Positions 1 to 12,400 of a stretch of 64,000 nt of DNA are shown piece after piece. Position 1 is the stretch's first letter; every line of letters begins with the position of its first letter. Location of the stretch: NCBI RefSeq assembly GCF_964355755.1, contig NC_092672.1, positions 22,023,237 to 22,087,236 of the forward strand. The letters run 5' to 3'. The stretch comes from Antedon mediterranea (lineage: Eukaryota; Animalia; Echinodermata). The position numbers and the translations under genes were made by a program. The notes below the pieces were generated by a model. It made no database searches. It was not told the origin of the DNA and saw only the letters and a program-made list of their open reading frames with translations.

Positions 1-1337
1 ATATATAAACTTTTGAATGTACATCGATCCCTAATATAAATTGAACGAGCACCGGCGAAAGTTAGCATTTGGCGTTCCAAAAAAAATAACGTTTTTCTGG
101 TGGCGGCTCAACTTGTCGGCGGCTCAACTTGGCCTAATCCAGTAGTAGCTGGCCTACGAAAGTAATTGTTTTATGGCTAATGTTAGTTATTATTTATTGG
201 TTTAAGACCTAGCCTAAATTAAACATCGAAACAATAACTAGGCTTAGACCTAAGTAATACAACGATCGGTGGACCAAAATAACTACGACCGGTGGAACTA
301 CCGAACTAACTCCGGCTATTCGGTTCGGCGGTCGGATAGATTCGATGCTTTTCAATTCGTTGTACGCCAGCCGGACACCATCGGAAAGTGTCATGCAACG
401 CATCAAATGAAAGCTACAGCTTTCCTTTATTCATATAACTTAAAACTCCAGTACAAAGGGAAATTATTAAAATACGTGTTTGTTTCGTTGTTATATTCAA
501 AATAATGGAATACTTACAATTGATGAAACAAGTAGTTATATTTGGTTGATTTTATTGATTTAATGACTGGTACGTTCGCAAAAAAATTCGGAATCCGAAT
601 ACATAAAACACGCATGTGAATCCTTGCTGACAATTAACTGCGCATATGCAATGTGTTTTTTGTTCGTATTTATGTACTCCACTGTTAGTTAGAACGGGGA
701 ATAGGGGTTGCTACTTAGCGGCGAGGAGCCTTGTGTGTAAGGAGATCGAACCGAGATAACACGGCGGGCGGTCGCAGTGCAATTTAATAGGAGTCATTTG
801 ACCATGTAATGTGCTTAATTGGATTAAAATCCATGCATTACATCGATGTTACTCCTTCCTAACTGATTTCTCCATGGTTTGTGTTACTGGATGTACTATG
901 ATGGCCATTGAAAGACTGATTTGTGGACTATGATATATTTTAGTATTACTTGTTTGGACTGTGTTATACTATGTTTTTTTTATATATATTTACTATTATA
1001 TTTATGTCAACTTCATCACTGTTTACTTGATGCAATAAAGGAAATAAATAATAATAATAATAATAATAATTGCAAATGAAAAGATGCTGATTTTTCTAAA
1101 TGTCAGGCCTTCTATCTGATGGTTTGTATCCTAATATAATTGTTTGGCGATTTTTTCAATTTCATTTTATAACTTGATACAACTAATTTCAACATTTGCT
1201 CTTCTAGTACTCCTTTTTAATTTTATCTGAATTGTTCACATTCCTCAAATATGTATCATGGATGTTCAAAGGAGACTTTAATACCATATAACCATAACAT
1301 CTTTATTATAGGCCTAATAGAGAGTTTGTTTACATTT

Positions 1338-1654
1338 AATTATCGTAGGAGGAGATAGGAAAATGCGAAGTGTCCTCGTATTATTGTCTGCAGGTATTTT
1401 TCAAATTGGACATCCATTAGACAGTGTATACCACGATCGGAAAACACCCCTATTTGGGGCAAATCGTTGAACCTAAATTCGTTTTAATCGTCAATAACTA
1501 ATTATCTAACTTAATTTAATTAGTAAACAGGGTTACATCAGGTGGTTAAAATCAGTACCGAAAGTACGAACCAACTTTACATACCATCGAGTAAACATTC
1601 TAGAAATAACGCGCGATTTACCGAATTTTGCCCTTACGTAAATTTATATATAGA
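1338..1654 (-). mobile_element. 5' fragment of a non-autonomous Helitron family
   Basis: Near-identical to 63583-63898. Both copies stop at ...TATATAGA|T, i.e. A|TCTATATA on the minus strand (Helitron 5' TC). Confidence 0.6.
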
Positions 1655-3289
1655 TATCAGGTGCTTAATTAAAATTTTGATTAATTTTCAACATTTGTCC
1701 AATTGTCCAATTGAAATGCGTTGTTTTGTCAAATAAGTTGACTCCAGTATGTTTCCTTGTACTAATAGGCCTATTGTTAAATAATATTTATTTATTTTAC
1801 TTACTCTGGAAGCACCCTTCATTCAAGAAGTGTGCCACTGTTTCTAAAGTGTAGCTTCCAAATAAATTATTATATTATATGTAAAAAAAGTGGAGTAAAG
1901 TTACTTTAGGTAACTAATTATAAAGGCATTCATTTTAAATGTGTTATAATTATAGCTAGAATTCTTTATTTTGTTATTTACTTTATTAATATTAAAAATA
2001 AACATCCAACAGCAAGGAGTTATTTAATTACTTATGTGTACACATTCAGAATACCATAGATATATTTAATAGTGAAAATACCTCTATGAGAATCCCTACC
2101 AACTCCAGCAAGTTTGGAATAGCCAACATGCATTTGAGCAGTGGGGTGTGTGTAATAATTAGAATAGCCACAAAGATATCTCAGAAAAATTAGATATTTT
2201 ATCATAACTTTTGAACTACTGGACAGATTTTTTTGAAAAAAAATCTATAATAATTCTTAAAATAATGCAAGACTATAGCAATCATGCTTAATAACGAAAA
2301 AGTTATTGTGAATATTACTGAAATTGTGTTCAGGCAGAATGAGTTTATATCACACTTCCTGTTCACCAAGATAAATTAAACAGATAAGATTTTAATGCTT
2401 TTTTTCCACTTTGACTGGTGACTCTACTTGTAATGATTGTTTATTCTTACTATAGGCGCGCCTATGCCTGAACCTATTACGGTTATGGTATGTACTAAAT
2501 ATGTCCATCATTATGCGATTAAATATTATCCTTATTTAGGCTATTTATTAAATAATAATATATTACGAACTGAGGCCTACTATATAGTAGGCCTATGTGT
2601 AGCCACAAATCGTTAAACGATATATAATTTAGTCCTACAATTTCACTGAACTCTAAGTATGTGATCGTAAAAATCATATATTTTATGATATTAATATCAT
2701 AAATAATTTAATTATACAATATCAGACTAAAATAGAAGAATTTTAGTTTTGCTAAACGGTCATAATATAGACTGAAACATAAATTAAATGTCATATACAG
2801 TAATAAAAATAAGAAATTGTGTCGTTGGAATTCTAATATACGTATATTTTTGAATATTCATGAGAACAAATTATATAATTTTTTTCATGCGCGCACTAAA
2901 ATATGATTTTAAAATAAGTTGGAGTCTTTAATATGCTACAAAATGCACTAGGGTTATTAAATTAAAAAGTTGCTTAAACGGTAAAATTTTGATTTACCAA
3001 ATGATACGTCTATGGCTTGATAAAAAATAAAGTACTTTCAATTCATTAATTAAAACACATTGTTTCAGCACCGTGCTAATTTAGTCTTTATTAGAGGTTG
3101 CCATTGCTGTTGCTGTCGTCACACAAAATTATTGTTATGGGTGTTTTGCTAAAAGTGGTATGATACATGTTCTTCTGCTGCCTAACTAGATAATTCTGAA
3201 GAATGTTATCAGCCTAGACATAGAGCGCACATGACAAATATTTGAATACTCATTTACCCAAGCGATTCCTATACTGTAATTTGAAAACA

Positions 3290-3570
3290 GTCCTGATAGT
3301 CTCTCCAAAACATTGGAGAGTTTGTGTGTTTGAAAACTACTGAAAAGATGTTCAATTGCATTTTTTGATGACTATAAACCCTGCAACCAGTGCATCAGCA
3401 GAGCGAGAAAATTTAGCTCTGGAGACTGCAAAAAATTATGTTTGAGATACCATAATGGAAGATCGACTAGATGCATTGTTATTGATGTTTGTTCATCAGG
3501 ACATTAACCTTAATTATGATGTCATTATTCTTAAGTATGTGAATATGTATCCCCGCTGGATGAAGTATGT
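3290..3570 (+). pseudogene. Degraded hAT transposase C-terminal dimerisation domain
   Basis: Frameshifted translation PATSASAER..KNY..MEDRLDALLLMFVHQDINLNYDVII..YPR, the canonical hAT dimerisation motif. A nearby segment (4026-4070) matches the subterminal region of the hAT-like MITE at 49167-49212. Confidence 0.75.
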
Positions 3571-5482
3571 AGGCCTATTTTTATTTATTAAATTTACAGC
3601 ATTAATTGTTATTACATGTTATTGATAAGATAATCAAATTAATAAGCAGTATAGAGATTCAGCCACTGATTACCACAGCATTGTCATTTTTTAGTAATTT
3701 TCCTTTTGACCTTTATTTTATTAAGATATAGACCTATAAGCAAAGCCCTAAAACACGCTCTTTCACTATGTATTATTTAACATAACTAGGGTAACATGAT
3801 AAATTTGAAGTCAAATCATTTTTTTAAGGTAGTTAATTACCATACCGGAAGTACCTTTATCAAAGAATTCCTCCAGATGGTCACATTGAACGTGTGTTTA
3901 CCAGAGGAAAAAGTAGACTACGATCTTTTTACCAATTGTTAACACGCTATAGGAGTGTCATTTCTGACCAACTATAGGTGCCATTTATCATACATTTTAC
4001 GTGCGGGAATACCATTTCCAACCGTCTAGGGGTGTCATTTAACAAAATTTGCTTCACCACAGGTCCCACCTGTGCCTCATGTACTTGGTGACTGGTTGCG
4101 TCCCCTCCCCCAAGGCTTTTTCAGTTTCAGTTTCTGTGTGGTGTAATTAAAAGAAGTAAATATGATTGCAACTTCATTCTTCTTGTCCTTGTAATTACAT
4201 AAATGAATAATTAAATATCTAAATGAATAATATTAAACATAATGTTAGTCCATCATGTACATCATATTTCATATCATAAAATGCTACCAGGCACTAATAA
4301 TAGATAGAATTCGAAGCCAGGCATATACAGTAGGCACATTAGTGGGCTGGTTTGTCCTGTCACATCTGGACCGAATCGTCCTGAATTCAACTAGTTATAG
4401 TAGCGTAGGCCTAGTAAGTAACGTAATGTTAAACCTAACCTCCAGTGTTAATTACATGCATTTGGTGTTTCAAGCTTATTTTTGGCAAGATCGGCGTGCA
4501 TGAGTTAGAAACATGAACCAACCATACTTACCACCGATTCGAGGTTTGAAACGTGCGCTGAGCACATGCTATCTCTCAATATTTGCTAGCTATGACCTCT
4601 AAGTGATTTGATTGTGACGCAAGATTTATCGAATGCAGCATTTGGGAATTTGCAAATAAATTGGTCTAAAGACACATTTTTCTTAAAAAGTGCCGTTATA
4701 ACATCGCTTAACAAATATAAGGAACTAAAAGGTGTCCCAGCTCAAACGGCGCTAGCGGTTTTATTATATTAAGAGAAGATAGAGTAAATAGGCTTAATTG
4801 GTTATTTATTAGGCCACATAAAACCTCCTTTTTAAAAAAATTTTTTTTGTAAAGTTGCCCAAGAAACACCACTGAAAAGATCATTTTTTACTTTTATAAA
4901 TTGCTAAATTGTGTGTGCGGCCATCGCAAAGAAGAATATTAATAGTTCTGAAGACTTTTTTTGTAATTATGATTTTATATCATTAAGTATGTCACAGCAA
5001 CATTGCCAGTGGGTTTTGTGTGTTGTGGATGGTGGACTCAAGACAAGAATAATATACATATAAAACACTATAATATTATATCCAGATTATCTTTTTATTA
5101 CAAGGGTGCTTAACTCGAAATAATTTTTTTTATATAGGATTTTTATAAGTAAATAAATAAATTCATTTAAATTAATACTATTGTATATTGCTTAAAATAA
5201 ATTAAAACCTTGATAAATATATTTAAAATACTAGATAAATTTTAATGATTAATGTACAGTATCTTTATTTTTCTGATGCATATTGTAAATTGTTTTGTAT
5301 ATTTTTATCTGTAATGTAAATTTTTTATATAATGTGCTACAATAATTTCAGACTTGTTCTGCTTTTTGTAATGTTTTATATACCGGAATAAATAAATAAA
5401 ATAAATAAATAAATCTGAAGTATATAAATATCTCTATAATACAAATTACAGGTGAATTATCTTCATGAGTCCATTTCCTATT

Positions 5483-5818
5483 TTACGTCTTTACTCTGTT
5501 CATGTCACTCCCATATTTCCACTCTATCTTATCCATAATTTCTTCGGTGATTTCTCTGATGTTTTCTAAGCTTAATCTTCTTAATCTTGGCACTTCTCTA
5601 TTCTCAAGTGGCACTGTAACACAGACAAATATTACCGTAGTATACAGTTCATTTACAGTACTTTATAACATTCATTAGACCAACAATCTATTTCATAAAT
5701 ATAACTATTCTACTTACAATGCAGCCTCGTACGCAAATCCCAATTTCATTGTCTTATGGTTACAATGCTCACTCGCTCCGCGTTGTCTACAAAAAGACTG
5801 TATGCGCTACTCCGCAGT
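5483..5818 (-). pseudogene. Spliced coding remnant of unknown identity
   Basis: Two GT-AG-bounded exons (5818-5718, 5613-5483) splice to LRSSAYSLFVDNAERVSIVTIRQ*NWDLRTRLHLPLENREVPRLRRLSLENIREITEEIMDKIEWKYGSDMNRVKT*. A further degraded exon-like stretch lies at ~5876-6092. Confidence 0.35.
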
Positions 5819-6248
5819 CTACACAAAACATTGTTATTCAAATAATTTGCTCATTACCATAATTATAGTGATCACCTGCTGGATTATTATTATTTTGTGA
5901 CAAAGTAGTCAAATTTTGAAAATCATACTTCACAGTTTAAACTTTTTAATCAAAAATACTATGTAGAAATGTTGTCATCAGTGACTTAACTATCAATACT
6001 GTGCAACTCCTTTTCATAATTGTCTCAGTTGGGTTCACTTCCAGGATTCAACATTTTTTTTAATTACTAATTTTCTGAAATATGGTGAGGGACCTAAATG
6101 ATGTTACAGTATCTCTACAAAACATTAAAGACCCCCACCCTGCATTGAGTAACTCTTAGAACAATTCTGTCCATAACATTTTATAGCATGCAAATACAGG
6201 TTCCTGGCAAAGAAGCATAAAAGTGGGACGTAGTTGTGCACACATGAG

Positions 6249-6645
6249 GGAGGTTTTGCGACACGGATACGTCACACCAACTTATTCGTTTTTGTAAGCC
6301 AGTACAAATCTGTTTCGCATGGCAACGAAATATTGAGGGCGCCATCCAAAATATGACTGCTGTAAATTTGAATGAAGCGCAGGTACATGTTGCAATGGAG
6401 GTTGCCTATAGGGCTACAGTAGTATAGCGAGAGAGGACTTTAAAAACTGCTATTTATCAAAATTGACTTGGCATTTTTACTAAATTACTTTCAATAATTA
6501 TCTATAATTATATTATCATGAATCATTTTTTATTCAATGCAAAGTGTGCAAAATAGATAAAAAAAACTATGACTCAGCTCAAAAGTTTAATAAATGTATG
6601 ACCTATCCGTTTCCATTATCGTATTCTTAAGGTTGCGAAACCTCC
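6249..6645. mobile_element. Possible degenerate MITE
   Basis: Imperfect 14-bp inverted ends GGAGGTTTTGCGAC / GTTGCGAAACCTCC (12/14); no clear TSD. Confidence 0.3.
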
Positions 6646-8428
6646 ATATTATTTGGTGCCATCATATATCAACATCTTTATAGGCTATGTAGAATCTGTA
6701 GCAAAACTAGCATCGATATGACTTGCGGTTTTAATCAAATACTATAAAATGAAAATAGAGAATATTTAATAATCTTAATGAATCACAGAATCAAGTGTAA
6801 AATTGTATTCAGAGATTTATTGAAAATTATGGTTTTAATTAATGTTTACCCAATTTGTAATAATAACGCTAAACAAAAGAGGGTGAAGTTTGAACAACTT
6901 TTTAGTGTATAAGTCATTTTCAACTGTTATATTCTAATTGAAATGTTTTCTTGTAATTGATACTATTGTACCACGTCACAATGTTAGCAAACTCCCTGCT
7001 TTGTAGCCATACCACAGTTTTTTTTTATGAATATTTTCTGATTTTTGTAATACTAACATAAACATGGTCAATTTATTTCATCTAAAAGAGGTCAATGAAA
7101 AATTAAAATAGAGATCTAAAACAACAGATGATCACATTTGTTGATTTTAAATTTTAGATTGTTAGAATTCAAATTATTTTGCACTGAGATCTTTAAATCA
7201 CTGGTGCTTTACTTGTACATATACTTTACAGTGGAAACAGGATGCTAATTAGTTATTATCCTTAAAATACTTTGATAACAAATAGTATATCAAGAAGCTT
7301 AAATGTTATGAAGAGGGAAGCTTGAATGCCACTATCATTCCAAAATAGGGATGGCTGGTGTTCATATGACACGTTCAGTTTTGAAATTTACTAGCTAGTA
7401 ATAAAGCCTTAGTTTCTGTCTATAATAGCATTACTCCTAATACAGCATATTAAAGTTTAAAATTAAAATGTTTAAATTTGAAAATTTTTACTTTCAATCT
7501 ATTTCATGTTTTCAAGAATCTCATGAGCATGACGAGTTGACATTATGAATTGCATTACATTAGATTCAAAAGAAATCGTCATTAGCAAGTAAGGAGAAAA
7601 GTCATTTTAAAATGAGTTTGTCATAAACATGTTTATGTATACAGCCATGAGAAAGAGGAATACCAATACCAAAAATATAAAAAGATGGGATTTATAATTG
7701 AATAAATAGAGCACTCATGTTTTTGTGCTTGATTATGTATTTTGTTTACCTTCAATACCCACATTCTGGGTTTCTGTAGTACATTTATCTTTTCAGTTCA
7801 TATTTTATGCATACAAATTGTGAACCACCAATTCATCACCATTTCCACTTACATTAAAGCAATAATTTGTATAGTATGTTTTTATGGTGAACTATTATAA
7901 TTTTATTTAATGCAATTTCAGATAAAAGCTATGCATAAAAATCTTTTGAATTGCAATAAATAAACGCATGACCTTTTTGTACGACATTAAAAAAAGGCAT
8001 TATAGTGAACAAAAACTATGATGCCAAGTTGGTGCTCGAGGCAGAAATTTGTTTAAGGATTGTTGTATTTTCTTGAAAAATCAGTAGATCAGAAATATTT
8101 AAAAAACAATAATTAAAATGAAGTTGCAACAATTTGAATATCATTTATTAGTAGGAATGTACAAAAGCCCTAAACTCATACTTACAGTGAGAGCTCACAC
8201 ATTTCATTTTACATACACATGCACTTGAAAATGAAAGTTACACAATGATGACACATTATCTTCAAAACAAATGTAAATGTACTTTACAATTGTTTCTCCA
8301 CTTAACTGTTTTCATAGTCACATTATTATCATTTATATGGGACTGTTTTGTACTACAATACTTTATGCTGTTATCAAAATGACTTTATACTATACTGCAA
8401 TATTTACATTGATCTTCTGTTCTGGTAA

Positions 8429-8475
8429 AGTAGACCCTATCATAGAGGCTTACACTATGTATATCAAGGTCTACT
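8429..8475. mobile_element. Head-to-head pair of TIR-like ends; candidate left terminus of the RAG1-like transposon at CACTATG 8453
   Basis: AGTAGACC-CTAT-CATAGAG (8429-8447), then GCTTA (8448-8452), then CACTATG-TATATCAA-GGTCTACT (8453-8475). The two halves are inverted copies (heptamer 6/7, octamer 8/8). No matching right end was found downstream of the gene. Confidence 0.5.
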
Positions 8476-8940
8476 CGCCCTAATTTGGCCAACATTTTCG
8501 GCCGCTATAAATGTATTGGCCACGAAACATTAATTACATTACTCAAAATTTGCGCCACCTTAATTCTGTAGTATTTGTCCATAGTATTTCAAGAACGAAT
8601 TCTGCTCTTTATAATATTTTTAATTCATTTCCCACAGCTGTTCCCGCTATGCATAATTTTTCTGAAAAGTCCAGCGCCCTCAGACGGAGGAGAGTGGTAG
8701 CAGACGACGTTCACAGTGATTACGGAAACCGCGCGAGCCTTGAATTCTATTTACATTGTCAACGAAATCGGCGATTATGATAACACTTTTATCGTCAAAG
8801 TGTAAACATCATATATAAACATTTTGATTAGCGTATTCATACATGTTATTATAAAATAATCATTCTACCTAAGATTTAGAGTGAAATATTAAATAAATTA
8901 TTATAAAGTGTATTTTTTCTAAATAAATCAACGACTATAT

Positions 8941-9000
8941 AAACGGAAGTAAAACAATAACAACGATGAACAGCGCCACATAGTTGTAAACAACGTAAGT
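8941..9000 (+). promoter_or_regulatory. Putative promoter / non-coding first exon of the transposase gene
   Basis: ETS-type CGGAAGT at 8944-8950 and a consensus donor AAC|GTAAGT at 8995. A strong acceptor ttttgttttgcAG at 9491-9492 lies 3 nt before the ATG, implying a 5' UTR intron. Confidence 0.45.
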
Positions 9001-9495
9001 TATTAAAATTATCTTTGAATCTGTACTTATTTTGTTTGCAATCCTAATTATTAAGTAATACTATATTTACTATGTGATAAATCAATATTATATAAATAAA
9101 TAGGTTTAGGTTTGGTAAAAAGGTGACGGTAAAAAAATTGAATAAATCGCCCGAATGTACACCTCTCTTTCCGAACGAACTGTGTAACGGTTGGGTACAC
9201 ACGAATTAGAGGCGCGGGGATGACCGCGCCGAGCATACCTAATATGCTGGCCTAAACTCTAGGCCTAGGCCTAGGAATTGATTGTTAAGTTATTTTGTAG
9301 TCTACCTTGTCGAAAGTTGAAAGTGTTAATTTTCTGATATATCTATATGTTTATAAATTATTTTGTATGTTGCAAGTAGGCTGGTATGGTAATATTTATT
9401 ATACTGAGGTAGGCCTACATTTTGAATATGTACCATTATATAGCCTATTACTGTAGGCCAAAGACTATATCAACATTTTTTTTGTTTTGCAGATC

Positions 9496-12400
9496 ATGGA
9501 GTTTCACGAAAAGGCGCTGTCGTCAATATGTTTCTGTTGTGGGAAAAAAATTAAACGTAATGATGAAAGATATAATTTAGAAAATATGAAAATCACACCA
9601 CAATCATTTGACGTTGAAAATATTAATCTTCCCAAAGCACTATGTTCAACCTGCCATTCCAAATTTTGTAAGGGACATATTTTGACACCTTTTCAGTTTC
9701 AATCGCATAGCGAAAATCATTGTGTAACCTGTTACTTGTATACAAATCAGCAAAGACCAGGCCCAAGACCGAAGCCTTCTAATCTAAGAAGCAAGAGTGG
9801 TATATTTTCAAAAGATATCACTCCACTTCCTGCAGTCAGTCGGCAGTTTGTTATTTTTAACCAAGTTGATGAAATCTATCAGTGCAATATTTGCAACAAC
9901 CTGTTGTCACTTGATAGCATCCAAACACCCTGTTCCCATTTCTTTTGTACCTTCTGTGTCAACAAATTATTTAATGCCCTTTCGAAACCATCAATTCCTT
10001 GTTTTATTTGCAGCTTCAATTTTAACAAAGATAATTTGATCAAAATTCCAACAATTTTAGAACATTCATTATCTTCTGTTTCACTTAAATGTCGCATATG
10101 CAAGGAAGAGTTATGTTTAATGGGAACAGTAGGCCATAGTTGTAAGACCGACAGAGAACAGGCATTTATGACTATTCAAAATGCTGTGCATCAAATTGAA
10201 GAAACTACAGCTGCAAGTAATGTGTTCCCCACAGAACTGACAAAATTGGCTCATAAACTGGTACACAAAGATGTGACAAATGGGCAAATGTCTTTAAAAA
10301 CTCAAGGGCGGGTAAGATTCAAATTCTGTTTTAAAATCAAATGCATCTTATAATATTTTTACAAAAATTAATACACTAAATGTTACTATTTTCTTCTGTA
10401 TATTAATTCATAATTTTTTAATAATAAACTAGCCACTCAAGATGGTTACTAAATCACAAGCCTCCACAACTGTAGTGACAACAGAAATTAAACAACAACA
10501 AATGGATGGGATGAAATGTCTTGCAATTATGAATGCATGCAAAATTAATTGGTCTCAGCAAAGAGTATTACGGAGGTACAGTACTGTATGTTTACAAATA
10601 AAATTACCCAACTTTAATTATAGAAAGTTCAAAACCTATTTGTATACAGGCCGCAATCTGAAATGTGTGTTAAATAAATTCTTTTGAACCAAAGTAGCTT
10701 TGAATTATGTAAAAAATAATTGTTACACATACTACTGTATATTAATATATTTTTAATTAGTAGCTGAATCACAATTTTAAACATTTTTCTATAAATATTT
10801 TAGATTTTGCCCAGGCTTGTTTGCATCTGAGAGGGAAATGAGGTCAGTACAAGAAAAGATAGTTGGGGACTACTTAGTTAAATCTTTAGAGTATATGTTT
10901 GTGAAGAGAGAATGCGCAACTTCAATTGGAGGCCTGGTCCTGGAAGAGGTACCTGTTGTTAGGTTGACAAACATAAAACAGTTGGTGTTCGACTACTTAA
11001 ATCAGTATGACATGTAAGTTCAACTTTATTTCATTATTATTCTATTATGGTTAACAATTGTACTGTATTATATCTTTATGTAACCTTTATACAATTTTAG
11101 ATGCCAAATTTCTCACTTATACAATTATTTATTTAGGTCAGAACAACCGTTGCACTACCATGATGGGGATATTTTTTTGAAATTTGGTGGGGACAAGGGT
11201 GGGAATTCAACGAAATTCGAGCTTCAACTTTGTTGTTTGGAGAAACCAAATGCTTTGTACAACATAATGGTTGTACTTGTCTTTGAGGCTCCAGACTTGA
11301 CAGTCAATATCGAGAAGGGACTAGACCTTATATTAGATGAAATAATGGAGTTGGAAGGATGTCAGTGGACTTCCCCAACAACACAACAGTAAGTTAATGC
11401 AATCATCAAACCATGATTTATATTTTTTTAAACCCTACTGTATAAAGAAGAATAAACTACTATCATGTAATTTGGCAATGATTTTAATGACAGATAGTTA
11501 ATTTTGTGTCTAATATATAAAAGTAATTTTTTTTCAGAACCCACAAAATCAGATTGTTCGTGTTTGGGGATTATGACTTCCTTTGCCGGTTATATGGATT
11601 GATTGGGCCAAATGGTGAGTACATTTTGTTTATGTTTTTTTTTGTTTGTTATGTTTATTTCACCAAATTGTAATTTCAGAATTGTATTCCTTTCAGGAAA
11701 GTACAGTTGTATTTACTGCTATGCCAGCCAAGAGGACATAAAGCATAATAAGAAGCCAAGTGAAAACAGGTGCCTTAATTCCTATAATAAGGACTTCAAG
11801 TGCTTTGTGGACCATGGCAGTGACCCCAAGAAAAGTAAATTAATATCGCACAGCATCATCAGGCCCTATATGCTAGGTATTGAATTAGACAAAGTGAGTA
11901 AACAATCTTCATAATTATTGTAGGCGTCGACTTATTATTATTAACATTTTTGGATTGATAAAGGTTACAAAAAAATATTAAAATTTGCATTACATACATT
12001 ATCTATTTACAAACTACAGTATACTAAAAACCAATAAATACACTGATTATGTTATAATAACATCTAGTACGAAACTTACTCCAAATAATGAGTGAGTCAT
12101 GATTCAACATTTCGGTCTTTATCAGGAATGATGATGATCCAAATAAAAATCGACTTCTCATTTAAATTTGGAATAAGCTTTATACTATGTAGTAAACAAC
12201 AATCAAAAGTTAAACAGTTATATTATTATTATTAGTATCATAACATTAACATGTATTACCTTTATTCTCCATTATATAATTCCATGTATTACAAAATTAA
12301 TATTTTCCAGGTATCAATTCCAGCACTTCATATATCGCTAGGTCTCTTTAAGAAGATGTATGATCAACTTGAAAAAGAAGTTCATAACTTAGATCTCATC

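Noticed and set aside
3764-3773. CACTATGTAT as the left end of an element finishing at 8447
   Set aside because: It lacks the GGTCTACT box, and the preceding 5 bp (TCTTT) do not match GCTTA.
5746-5748. In-frame TGA as selenocysteine
   Set aside because: There is no redox motif or recognisable SECIS, and the adjacent upstream exon-like region has many stops.
8712-8730. CACAGTG followed by ACGGAAACC as a canonical RSS
   Set aside because: Only 3 nt separate the heptamer and the nonamer-like word (12 or 23 required), and no inverted partner was found. It remains a weaker alternative left terminus.
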